A DNA stretch of 64,000 nucleotides from an uncultured Candidatus Poseidoniales archaeon (GTDB lineage Archaea > Thermoplasmatota > Poseidoniia > Poseidoniales > Poseidoniaceae). Shown piece after piece: positions 41,501 through 49,849 of the stretch (the first letter of the stretch is position 1; the number at the start of each line of letters is the position of its first letter). The position numbers and the translations under genes were made by a program. The notes under the pieces were generated by a model. That model saw only the letters and a program-made list of their open reading frames with translations, was not told the origin of the DNA and did no database searches. Location: contig CAXGJQ010000001.1 of NCBI GenBank assembly GCA_964009815.1, positions 5,332 to 69,331 of the forward strand. The letters run 5' to 3'.

Positions 41501-43605
41501 AGGTCGGTTTGATTCAATCGGACGTAGAGAACCTCTTCGTTAGCAGAGAGGTTACCTGAGTCGACCCATGCGATGTGGACATTGTTTTGGTCATCGGTCA
41601 GAAGCGATGGGAACACCGAGTTCCCGGCGTAAGGGGAGGCAGGTGGCAGCCCATTCTTTCCTTCAACGTTGGAAATGGGCGTGTCGTTAATCTTCTTGAT
41701 GGCGTACGTGGAAAGGCCTTCTTCAGCGCCATCCCAAGCACCTGCACCTTGGAGTCGAAGTTTGGTGTAGTAGATTTCGTAGTTGACGTCCTTTTCAAAT
41801 CCGTAATCTCGGCCATCCATCCAAGCGATGTGCGTGTTGCCTTGCATGTCAACACCAATGGAAGGGTGGAAGGAGTAGGCGTCATCAATCGTGACACGGG
41901 TGTCGTTGACCACAACCAAGTGGCCGTCGGCGCCTGCGCCGGTGTCTTCCGCGTAGGTGCCGCCCTGAGCTGTGTGTCCGGGCAACCCAGGTGTGAAACT
42001 TGGGTCGTTGTTCATCTTGGCATATGGGTCAAGAATGGACATGTAGATTTCACGGGAGTTGTTGGTGGAGATGTATACCATGGCTTCGACGAGGAGGGCC
42101 ATTTGGTTGGTTCCGGATCCCGATGGGAATTCGTATGCCTGGCCGCCGGCATCAGTGCTAGCGAGGGTATTACCGGGGCAATTTCGAGACTGAGTGGAGA
42201 CGATGCCGTTGGGGCACTGGACCAAGTCCATGAAGTGGGATTGGATGTTTCCTGCACCACCGTAGCCTTGGCCGTACAAACCAACGGGAACAACGCCGGC
42301 GAGGAGGCAGTTGTCGTGGGCCTCCTGGATGGCCGCTTTGTCATCGGCTTGCTGAGACGGGTCGCCGTCTTTGGGGCCTTCGTCTGAAACGGGAATCACG
42401 ATCTTTGTGGCGTTTGGGTTCCATCGGTGATCGGATTGAGTAGGAGGATTACCGGGAACGTTTCCGGCTGCGTCCTTCCATGAAAGACATGCCCAGTTGG
42501 AACCGGGGCCCCAATCCTCACCAGAATATCCGGAGTAGGTGTTGCCGTTGTAGATGGTCCCGGGCAGTTTGCGAATACCGCCAGAGTCGTCGCCGGGGGT
42601 TTGACCAAGCGGAGTGGTTCGTGGGCCGGTGTTCTGGTTGTATCCCTGGCAGTTGCCTGAGCTGGCTGCGCCGGGAAGGGTGTTGCCCAAACCATAGATG
42701 GTCTCGTAAACGGTCATGTTGCCTTCTTCGAGCATCGGCTTGATGCCTTGGAAGTAAGGGCCGCTTGCGAAGTTGCCGCCGTAAATGACCGTGCAGATGT
42801 CGGCCCATTCCGAATACATCGAACCGGAGGTGTCAACGATAAAGGCCAATTCGACCTTTCCACCGCGAGTGTCATCCCAAGCGATCTGAACGTAATCGTT
42901 GGCATCAACGACAACATCTGGGTGCCCCTTGTGGCCAATGATGGGTGTGAGGAGGGTGTCATCAAAGAGAGTGATGGTTGCACCAGAACCGATGTCGGGC
43001 TGAATCATGGAGTAGTAGATTTGCGGTTGGTTGAAGAAACGCCCCAATTCGTCATAGTTGTCTTGCCAAACGATGTGAACGTTGTTTTGACTGTCGATAT
43101 CGAGAGAGGGCCAGTCTCGGTTTTGAGACCGCCGCGAGATGATGGTGTCATCGATGGCCGTAATGGTGCCGTCGTCCGATGCCATGCCGTCCATTGGAGC
43201 GGCCCATGGCGAGAGTGCCGTGTACATGATGGCGTGTTGACCTGCTTTGTCGGCCCATACGATGTGGATGCGGTCGTATTCGTCGACAGCGAGATCAGGG
43301 TGCCAAACCTTGTGGAGTCCAGAATTGGTAATTTGGGTGGCGTCGATCAATGTCTCACCACGGGGAGACATCATCGAGTAGTAGAGGTGGAGGTTGTTCC
43401 GAGTCCATACCACGTGAACGTTTCCGGAGCTGTCAGAGCCAACAGCTGCTTGCGCATCGGACGATGTGCCACCGTCCACGATTTGGACGGCTTCGGTGAT
43501 TACGACGGTGTTTGCACTCACGGTAACGGAGGCGAGCAACAAGGAAGACATCACGGATAGAACCATGATTGATGCTAGACTGATGGATTTGATTTTTTGA
43601 CGCAT
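38575..43605 (-). CDS. Large secreted/membrane-anchored surface protein (propeller-like repeats, vWA-like insert, NEW3/CARDB Ig-like domains)
   Basis: Signal peptide; repeated DSxxNVHIVW blades; IVDTSGSM MIDAS-like motif; TNTGN/TNDGN/NNGN/NTGN Ig repeats; VVVDPMNEIVESDEKDN; C-terminal TM. Confidence 0.8.
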   Translation of the reverse strand: MRQKIKSISLASIMVLSVMSSLLLASVTVSANTVVITEAVQIVDGGTSSDAQAAVGSDSSGNVHVVWTRNNLHLYYSMMSPRGETLIDATQITNSGLHKVWHPDLAVDEYDRIHIVWADKAGQHAIMYTALSPWAAPMDGMASDDGTITAIDDTIISRRSQNRDWPSLDIDSQNNVHIVWQDNYDELGRFFNQPQIYYSMIQPDIGSGATITLFDDTLLTPIIGHKGHPDVVVDANDYVQIAWDDTRGGKVELAFIVDTSGSMYSEWADICTVIYGGNFASGPYFQGIKPMLEEGNMTVYETIYGLGNTLPGAASSGNCQGYNQNTGPRTTPLGQTPGDDSGGIRKLPGTIYNGNTYSGYSGEDWGPGSNWACLSWKDAAGNVPGNPPTQSDHRWNPNATKIVIPVSDEGPKDGDPSQQADDKAAIQEAHDNCLLAGVVPVGLYGQGYGGAGNIQSHFMDLVQCPNGIVSTQSRNCPGNTLASTDAGGQAYEFPSGSGTNQMALLVEAMVYISTNNSREIYMSILDPYAKMNNDPSFTPGLPGHTAQGGTYAEDTGAGADGHLVVVNDTRVTIDDAYSFHPSIGVDMQGNTHIAWMDGRDYGFEKDVNYEIYYTKLRLQGAGAWDGAEEGLSTYAIKKINDTPISNVEGKNGLPPASPYAGNSVFPSLLTDDQNNVHIAWVDSGNLSANEEVLYVRLNQTDLTGDGLTALDPWEAVPVTSWNSNKLGPNSGRQPSIGMPPAFSNDLGSGAHIAWSDTNKCGDDGNNNRFTICYSHVLTGQVDVDFDEGETFYHVIEPGQQTIYNMTMNNSTPGPKDLVADTYGLNISGVPMNWTANLYFASNHSSIFPDTPIFLEGGEDIRFYMRVQAPSIYQANGDELAEVRVTAQSYKDPAIQNDIITLTLMDVVHGINLDTSHSMADIEQGDTAIFSITITNTGNVNDAFVFWDPNSLEGQQEWLLPFGWQVNFPIRVELDPGQSVTKNLEVFVPTTEDPGAFVIYVKGWSEGEPIKSVEKGTYDILELGVFVSIRSTGNIVFAADDRSEQVKPGECATYNVNVTKNFDSGELVFATPGAPDAKPDGVGMPAWREENWVVLVDFDNATGSADAGDGLGDPIAWTIPGNAEKITKRITVYVCAPNNATAGLGPAITLKGYLDGYPRISDSEILSTTVEHVFDLDAGIDPAIGNSMNVNPGEKITLPITVTNDGNGPDRFDFRLARVTDAFGVDVIWDIEIPRETLQELSPDTYQAFDVEMNVPNRVPAGEYTIVLQAFSEEVYPDASGRETRIRDAIVLTVTVDEFHDMQISMDPTVDNAVKTSAPGRVVRFMFNVTNNGNVPDVPTLNNHTAQRDGDSLLWNELPGMSVLSSWDVDWFIMRQLSADLVVEESCMTMQSTASSYPEDACIYLEDLDEWRLPEMAPYETITAVAAVKIGTDAKLDTRSIGLKVVSMFGDMENDGDHDDSPAWDGENLDTNEFIVTLRLRAPNLEIKEIIMPPSTSGEVDSTIPIGIILQNTGNVHATDIEIVLCEYGEANDADIMKEIRDNGCEEERVVMRQVVGALLAPDDTEDAKEIELYLLYPVSAGSKGVYVVVDPMNEIVESDEKDNVKPIPEDLQSNSPVLDLAREVVGKTALPFAVIVLTIALLGVVYLVGKGRRDEVNKRLAEQSSLVSVLADELDN

Positions 43606-43744
43606 AGGTATACCCCGGACTTCTACGCTTTATCGTGAATCTAATCATACTTAACCGCGTCCCCTTTCGGTCATGTTTCAAGGGCTTGGGCAAGGAGTAT
43701 CAAAAACGATACCTCTCGGAAGAAAGAGAGGGTTTTCTCTCAAT

Positions 43745-44380
43745 TTAAGCCCATTCAGTCGGGTCAAATCCTGAGCCAAATGACATCTTCTCATCGAACT
43801 CGATTTGAGCAGGTGGGTGGGCCTCTTCGGCGAGGGGTTGTCCCTCGCTGTTGGGCTTGGATTTCGCCCAATCATCAACCGGTCCAGATTTGCCCACTCC
43901 GGGGCCGTAGGAATACTTGATTTCATGAATCAAGGCAAGTTTTGCCAGCCATAGACGTCGGAGGCTGTTCATGAACTCATGTTTGGTAAGTCCATCAAAC
44001 CAAATTGGTAGACTCACGTTGAAGGCTTGGAGGGGGCCTGGTTTCTTTTCGCCCTTATGGCCCATGTGTATCACCCAATCCACGCCGGTACGAATCAAAT
44101 GCAATCGACTTTCATGAATCCATTCAGACCAATCACTCTCTTCGTCATCCATGTGGTCTTTCATTTCCTTTTGTTGCCCTTCATCGACCCTCGTCATGCT
44201 CGATACAGCCACCAAGTCTCTGCCCTTCGGAACAACGATGGCGAACATGTGCCCTTGCTTGCCGCTTGGATATCGAACAAGGAAATGAGCGTGGGCCCGA
44301 GGGTCCTTTTGCGCCTTGGCTGAAAGCCGCTCTTCCGTGAGCCACTTTTTGAGCAGGGCGACGGTTTCGTCGGGCGTCAT
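43745..44380 (-). CDS. Conserved archaeal hypothetical protein (DUF2299-like)
   Basis: KWLTEE, IWFDGLTKHEFMNSL pattern. Confidence 0.55.
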   Translation of the reverse strand: MTPDETVALLKKWLTEERLSAKAQKDPRAHAHFLVRYPSGKQGHMFAIVVPKGRDLVAVSSMTRVDEGQQKEMKDHMDDEESDWSEWIHESRLHLIRTGVDWVIHMGHKGEKKPGPLQAFNVSLPIWFDGLTKHEFMNSLRRLWLAKLALIHEIKYSYGPGVGKSGPVDDWAKSKPNSEGQPLAEEAHPPAQIEFDEKMSFGSGFDPTEWA

Positions 44381-44418
44381 GGTCTCCCGAGACTCTCATC
44401 CCGTTTGAATGCAACCGT

Positions 44419-46011
44419 TCACGAGGCCAATTCATCCAATAGACGACCAAGTCGCGCTTTTTCCTCGCTCGAAAACCTCATTCGGACCCATGCATTTCGG
44501 GTGTCAACCCATGCATCCCACGCTGCAGCGAATGATTTGCCGCTCATCCAAAAGACAGGAAAACAAAGAAAATACACCACGAGAAGGCCACTGGCGGGCG
44601 AATACCCCCCGAGTTCAAGCCATGAAACGTTCCATCCAAATGTGCAGGCGATCCACTCACGGTAGAACCAAGTCAGTGTGGTCCAAAATCCAGCCACTAC
44701 AGGCCAGATGAGGAGTGAGCCAAAGAAAGCGGCGAGGAACTGATAGCTGGTTCGTGCATCCAGCCCTTCGTCCGTGGAATCACCGAGGAGGCGCCCAAGG
44801 GCGACTTGGAATCCAAGAGAAGTAAGAGCAAAAGGAAGGAGTGCAATAAAGAAGAGCACAGAGAGCAACGCCGATGGTAGGCGTTTCCAGTTGGCCTTTC
44901 GAAGCACCCGCCCCTGCGGGCCGAGGGCTCGTCCATCCAACCCATGTGATTCGAGCAGTTCTGCTGCTTCCGAGGCTCGTTCAAACCTCTCCCCTTCCAG
45001 CGGCTGTGGTGGAAGCACGGCTTGGCGCCCCGGCCATGTATCTCGAATGGCTCGTGCGGCCAAAACCTCGTCTTGCCAGGATTTGAGGCGTTTTCCATTC
45101 CCCCGCGCCTGAGCATGAGCCATGAGGTGCAAGGCACGGTGCTCCTCCCATGAGGATGAATTCGGTGTCATGGTCGGGAGGCGTTCTTGGAGTTGATCGC
45201 GTATTCGGTGAACGGAGGCCTCAGGCGGTTCGGTCCAGCCGCCTTGTCGGACAGCATCTACCATCTCAGAAGGAATCATCTCGTCAGACAATTCAATCGG
45301 TTCTCCAAATTCAATGAACTGATCGGTTCGAAACAATTCTCTTCGGCGGAAATGCAAGCCAATGGGAACGAGATGGGGCAGAGGGAGTCCTTTGGCCTTG
45401 GCCAGTGCTGCGGCGGCGAGGACTGTCCGGAAAGGCCCGGTCTTGAACCGAATCATGTGGGATTCGCTGTGACTGGTGCCTTCCGGGAACAGGACGCATC
45501 CAAAGCCGTGCGCGATCCCGCTGGAGAGGGCGAGAAGAGACCGCCCATTGAGGTGGAGAGCTTCCTCTTCTGTGCAACCTCCCCTGAGAAGTTCGGCTTT
45601 GCGGACCACGGGTTGGACGGCCAAACGTCGTGTCCACCACCCCAACAGAGGGCGGGTGACCAAATCATGGCGGGCACCGACGACGAACTCTTTGGGGTGA
45701 TTAAGGAAAATGGCGAGAGGGTCCATGAGGCCGTTGGTGTGCCACCCGCAACACATTGCCCCAGCACCATCTACAGTCAGGGGCGTTGCCTTGGAAGTGG
45801 CCGTGGTTCGAAACTGAACGCTCGATACCCTTCTGCACATCCAAAAGGCAACCTTTGTCCAAAGGTAGGATCCAGGAACTGAGGAATCGTAGGTAGGCAG
45901 AGGAGTTGCTAGCAACTTTTCGATGTTCATGTTCTTCGCAGAGGATGACAGGATGGGGAGTGCTTCGCCGTTATGCATCATTTCTTCTTCTTCAGTGACG
46001 ATGGTGGCCAT
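44419..46011 (-). CDS. PlsC-family glycerolipid acyltransferase with C-terminal TM helices
   Basis: WHTNGLMDP (HxxxxD, block I), PVVR, LFPEGTS (block III), LVPIG (IV), FGEPI. Confidence 0.85.
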   Translation of the reverse strand: MATIVTEEEEMMHNGEALPILSSSAKNMNIEKLLATPLPTYDSSVPGSYLWTKVAFWMCRRVSSVQFRTTATSKATPLTVDGAGAMCCGWHTNGLMDPLAIFLNHPKEFVVGARHDLVTRPLLGWWTRRLAVQPVVRKAELLRGGCTEEEALHLNGRSLLALSSGIAHGFGCVLFPEGTSHSESHMIRFKTGPFRTVLAAAALAKAKGLPLPHLVPIGLHFRRRELFRTDQFIEFGEPIELSDEMIPSEMVDAVRQGGWTEPPEASVHRIRDQLQERLPTMTPNSSSWEEHRALHLMAHAQARGNGKRLKSWQDEVLAARAIRDTWPGRQAVLPPQPLEGERFERASEAAELLESHGLDGRALGPQGRVLRKANWKRLPSALLSVLFFIALLPFALTSLGFQVALGRLLGDSTDEGLDARTSYQFLAAFFGSLLIWPVVAGFWTTLTWFYREWIACTFGWNVSWLELGGYSPASGLLVVYFLCFPVFWMSGKSFAAAWDAWVDTRNAWVRMRFSSEEKARLGRLLDELAS

Positions 46012-46436
46012 CAGTTCACCCCCTCAAGTTTGGTCGAAAGAGCCCCAAGGGCGACGTGGTTTGGTTCAGTGGCCTTGGTCGCCGGCCACATGGCCATCAA
46101 CGTACCTCCTCCATCACCGGGGGTGCGTGGGAGAACATGGACATGGACATGGGGGACTTCTTGACCTGCAAGTGGTCCATCGTGGACGCAAACGGTGAAA
46201 TCGGTCGTTGAGAAGTGATGTCCAAGGCGACGTTGGACCTCCTCTACGCCGTCCATCAAAGCCGCCCGTTCATCCGATTGGAGGGCGGCTAAGCGTTGGA
46301 CGGGGCGAGTCGGGATGACCAAGGTGTGGCCTTCCCGCCGCGGGAAGATGTCAAGAAAGGCGTACCATCCGTCGCCACGAGCCACTGGATGGGAGGGAAT
46401 CTCGCCCGACAAGATCCTCTCGAAGAGCGTGGTCAT
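46011..46436 (-). CDS. HIT family nucleotide hydrolase
   Basis: TLFERI, AFLDIFP, GHTLVIP, GQEVPHVHVHVLP. Confidence 0.95.
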   Translation of the reverse strand: MTTLFERILSGEIPSHPVARGDGWYAFLDIFPRREGHTLVIPTRPVQRLAALQSDERAALMDGVEEVQRRLGHHFSTTDFTVCVHDGPLAGQEVPHVHVHVLPRTPGDGGGTLMAMWPATKATEPNHVALGALSTKLEGVN

Positions 46437-46465
46437 GCCATGCCCTGTGGGACTGATGTCTTTTT

Positions 46466-48085
46466 TCATTGTGGAGGAAGAACCCAATGTCCGCCTGCTC
46501 CTTTCTTGATGGCCAAAGAGGCCACTGTTCCCTCGCGGTCCACCGTAATGTGGTGCAGGAAGTCATCGTTGGACTCCGGGAAGTCATCGCGCTGGAAGGC
46601 CCCCCGCGATTCTTCTCTCGCCAAACCGCTCTGAACCGAAGCCGTGACCATACGAACGGCGGCTTGAGCACGAAGTATTTCGAGAAGATTCGTGTTGGCA
46701 ATGAGCGATTTTTGGTCGACGTGAAGGGATTCTGCTGCTATTGAAATTTGTTCGAGTTTGCCATGAAGTTTGTTCATGCTGTCAGCCGAGAGAGAGGATG
46801 TTGCGGCGAGGGCCGCCTGGAGGTTGGCCATGACCGTCCCGCAGCGCACAACATGGCTTTCATCACCGGTTTCCATCATCGCTGAAACATCGCTTGTTGC
46901 TTCAGCGAGAGCCGATTCAAGTCCGGAGGCCGCACTGAATTTTCGACTTGAAACCCATTCGCCGGCTTGGTTTCCAGCAGCAGCGCCGGAGCCGATGGCA
47001 TCGAGGAGGCGATTTCCACTCAATGGGGCTGCTCCATGGAAGCCAGTGCAAGCTGCGCTACCTGCAGCATAAAGACCGGTGAACCAGCGAGACCATGCCC
47101 CTACGACGCAACGGCCATGCCCATCAACGGGCAATCCGCCAAGGGTATGGCCGACCGTTGGTTGCAGTGGAACCGTTTGACGGTTCATGTCAATGCCTGT
47201 TCGTTGCTGGACGAGCCGGAAGAGTGAGGTCCACCACGCTGCACTTTGCCCGAGGTTTCGAGCATCAAGGACCGGTTGAACGGCTGCGTTCAAGGCTTCA
47301 GTCAGTTCTTGAGAGGATTGGTTGGCCACCTCGATAGGGGCTCCAGATGCCTCGTGAAGTTGAGCGCCATCCAAAAGGAGGCCGGTTGGAAGGAACACGT
47401 CCGTGCCCTTGATCGTTAATGGATGATGAGCCATGAATTCCATGTCCCGGAGGGCAACTCCAGCTCGAAAGGCCATGTCCATGCCCAGTCCAACGACGCC
47501 TGAAGAATAGGCGCCTTCGAAACCTTCATCGGCGATGATAATCGCTTTGCATTGCAACCCAATAATGCGACCATTCACCATGTCAAGGGCAATCATGCCT
47601 TCAACCGATTGATTGGCGTGAACCAAGGTGAGGGGGATTTGATCTCCACGGCGAATGACGCCATGGCGCATGCACTGTTCTTCACCCACCTGTTGGATAC
47701 CGAGGGCTGTGCCGCTTCCGGCATCAACCGTTCGGGGTTGTTGGTGGCCTGGACCTTTTCGAACCATAGGGAGACCTTGTTGATCTCGGCGAAAATTCAC
47801 GCCGCGGCGTTCCAGAAGGTCAACTTGCTTGATGGCTCCAGCCGTCCTTTCAGCAACGATGTCTTGGTCGCAAAGAAACGCTCCACAGCGGATAGTATCT
47901 TCCCGGTGGCTACGGTTGTTTGATTCTTGCAGCGAGGCTGAGAGCCCTTCAAGAGCGGCCATTCCAGGATTTCCTAATCCTGTCGCAGACATCATCAAGG
48001 TGCTGGCACCGGACTTGGCCGCTTCAGCAGCAGCGTGCAATGCAGCGGGCCCGTCTCCAAGCACAATCACATCCCATGCTTCCAT
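46466..48085 (-). CDS. SdhA/FrdA/NadB-family flavoprotein, catalytically degenerate paralog
   Basis: DVIVLGDGPAA, DMEFMAHHP, TLGGL, GLYAAG, REESRGA..RDDFP; several catalytic motifs altered. Confidence 0.8.
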   Translation of the reverse strand: MEAWDVIVLGDGPAALHAAAEAAKSGASTLMMSATGLGNPGMAALEGLSASLQESNNRSHREDTIRCGAFLCDQDIVAERTAGAIKQVDLLERRGVNFRRDQQGLPMVRKGPGHQQPRTVDAGSGTALGIQQVGEEQCMRHGVIRRGDQIPLTLVHANQSVEGMIALDMVNGRIIGLQCKAIIIADEGFEGAYSSGVVGLGMDMAFRAGVALRDMEFMAHHPLTIKGTDVFLPTGLLLDGAQLHEASGAPIEVANQSSQELTEALNAAVQPVLDARNLGQSAAWWTSLFRLVQQRTGIDMNRQTVPLQPTVGHTLGGLPVDGHGRCVVGAWSRWFTGLYAAGSAACTGFHGAAPLSGNRLLDAIGSGAAAGNQAGEWVSSRKFSAASGLESALAEATSDVSAMMETGDESHVVRCGTVMANLQAALAATSSLSADSMNKLHGKLEQISIAAESLHVDQKSLIANTNLLEILRAQAAVRMVTASVQSGLAREESRGAFQRDDFPESNDDFLHHITVDREGTVASLAIKKGAGGHWVLPPQ

Positions 48086-48184
48086 TCAAATCTCCCCTGT
48101 TGCCGGCGACGCAGAGGACTGCCATAAGGTGCGCGCTTCCGCCGCAAGCATGGAACCTTCAATAAACGCCAACCTGCGCTCCCG

Positions 48185-49696
48185 TCAGACTTTGGGGAGA
48201 GGGAGTGTTGCCCACGTCCGGGCTCGTTCGAGATGGCGGTTTTTCTTTCGGAGTTGGAAATTGGATTTTCGCTTCACTACGGTCCGAAGGACGCGCGATT
48301 CGATAACAACACCGGACTCATCGCGCAAAATAACCTGGACGTATCGGTCTCCTTGCTCTCGCGTAGGCCATGCGACTCCCAACCACAGCACGACCCCTTG
48401 TTGCAGATACCGTGGCACCCAGTCCAAAGCGTCATCCTCTCCTTCGGCATTGAGGCTGACAGCTTGGCGAGGGGGAGGGCAAGCCTGCAATTCAAACCGG
48501 TGATCGCGGGCAAAGGGCTCTCCGCCGGGGCAGACGACCTCAATCCTCGCCACGGTTTGATTGAAGGTCTGATTGTTGAGGGCGATGAACAGATGCCCGG
48601 TTCCATCATCGCATTCGGGGTCAAGAGCAACATCCATTCGCCAAGGAGAGCGCAACATGCTCGGCGACCCTGAAAGAAGGTCGAGTTGCAAGCGCTCGAG
48701 CAAACGGAAGGCGCTGGGTTGCCACACCCGAGCGTGCGCCAACAGACGTTGAAGCGAACGCCAGTTGAATTTGGCCCCCTCGTCGAGTAAAACGTCGTGG
48801 ATGGCATCCGGTCGGATAAATTCGCTCAATTCACTCATGGCGATGTCATTGCTCAAGTCGCCCTTTGCATGCAAATGAAGGATGTACAATACGCGCTCCC
48901 AAGATTGCTCTTTGTCGTAGCCGGGCAAAATACTCTCTCGGAATCCGTCCAACCAAGCTCGCCAATCCAAGTAAAGGTCAGGATCGAGGTGCAACACAAT
49001 CAATTCGCCAAGAATTGAGCCCAACTGGGTCGGATGGTGGGTTGGTGCATGATGGGCCAGGCAGGGCATTTGATCGCCGTGTTGACGAACGGCATCAGAC
49101 GTGAAGAACGAATGGAAGGAATGGGCGAAACCCAACGTCATGGACACGAGGAACGAAAGGTTCCACACCAAGGAATCTTGTCGAATGACCGTACCAAGTC
49201 CGAGAAGAAATACTGCGCTAATGGCTAACAAGCTGTTGATGGTGTTGTGCCTGCGGACATCGGTTAATCCCTCAAGTATGCGGTCCATACCGGGTTGAGA
49301 GCGCAAAGAAAGTTTGCCGCCGGTGGTCTCATCATCAATTTCACGAAGGGAAATCCGCGCTTGGATGGATTGCCACATGGCTTCGCCAGCAAAGAGAGGT
49401 GGGGCCGCCGTGACCAGGAGAGGCAGTAGCCAAAACAGCATGACATAGCCCGGGTTAGGAGGGGCCACTGAGGGGAGAATTACTGAGAGAAGGGCGACGA
49501 CGGCAACACTGGCGCCAAAAAGAAGGCGGACCATCATCGAAATGGGGTGCCTTGCCACCCTTCCAAACCGCATGCGAAGTTTCTCTTGATGTTGCCATTT
49601 CTCAACGGTACGTTCCAGTGGATTTTCGGTTCGTGCGAACCCATGTCCGTACGGATCGGGAAGCGAACTGGCTGCATCCGATGGGTCGTCCGCCAT
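48185..49696 (-). CDS. Hypothetical four-TM membrane protein with a large soluble domain
   Basis: Long ORF from MADDP; four hydrophobic segments. The track start lies inside the tRNA. Confidence 0.65.
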   Translation of the reverse strand: MADDPSDAASSLPDPYGHGFARTENPLERTVEKWQHQEKLRMRFGRVARHPISMMVRLLFGASVAVVALLSVILPSVAPPNPGYVMLFWLLPLLVTAAPPLFAGEAMWQSIQARISLREIDDETTGGKLSLRSQPGMDRILEGLTDVRRHNTINSLLAISAVFLLGLGTVIRQDSLVWNLSFLVSMTLGFAHSFHSFFTSDAVRQHGDQMPCLAHHAPTHHPTQLGSILGELIVLHLDPDLYLDWRAWLDGFRESILPGYDKEQSWERVLYILHLHAKGDLSNDIAMSELSEFIRPDAIHDVLLDEGAKFNWRSLQRLLAHARVWQPSAFRLLERLQLDLLSGSPSMLRSPWRMDVALDPECDDGTGHLFIALNNQTFNQTVARIEVVCPGGEPFARDHRFELQACPPPRQAVSLNAEGEDDALDWVPRYLQQGVVLWLGVAWPTREQGDRYVQVILRDESGVVIESRVLRTVVKRKSNFQLRKKNRHLERARTWATLPLPKV

Positions 49697-49749
49697 GTCA
49701 TCCCCATCCAAGGGGTGCATGGCCCTGATTATGGCTCTTGTCCAAAAAC

Positions 49750-49826
49750 TGGCGGGCGTGGCAGGATTCGAACCCGCGATCTCCGGCTTAGGAGGCCGGT
49801 GCATTATCCAGCTGTGCTACACGCCC
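49750..49826 (-). tRNA. tRNA-Arg (CCT), CCA encoded
   Basis: GGGCGTG/CACGCCC acceptor stem, CCGGC-CTCCTAA-GCCGG anticodon arm, GGTTCGAATCC T arm. Confidence 0.97.
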
Positions 49827-49849
49827 ATCAGATGCTGATGTGCAACCTT

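Noticed and set aside
41575..43560. 270-aa plus-strand ORFs (similar cases at 29361-30122 and 55229-57043)
   Set aside because: Antisense shadows of long, codon-biased minus-strand genes.
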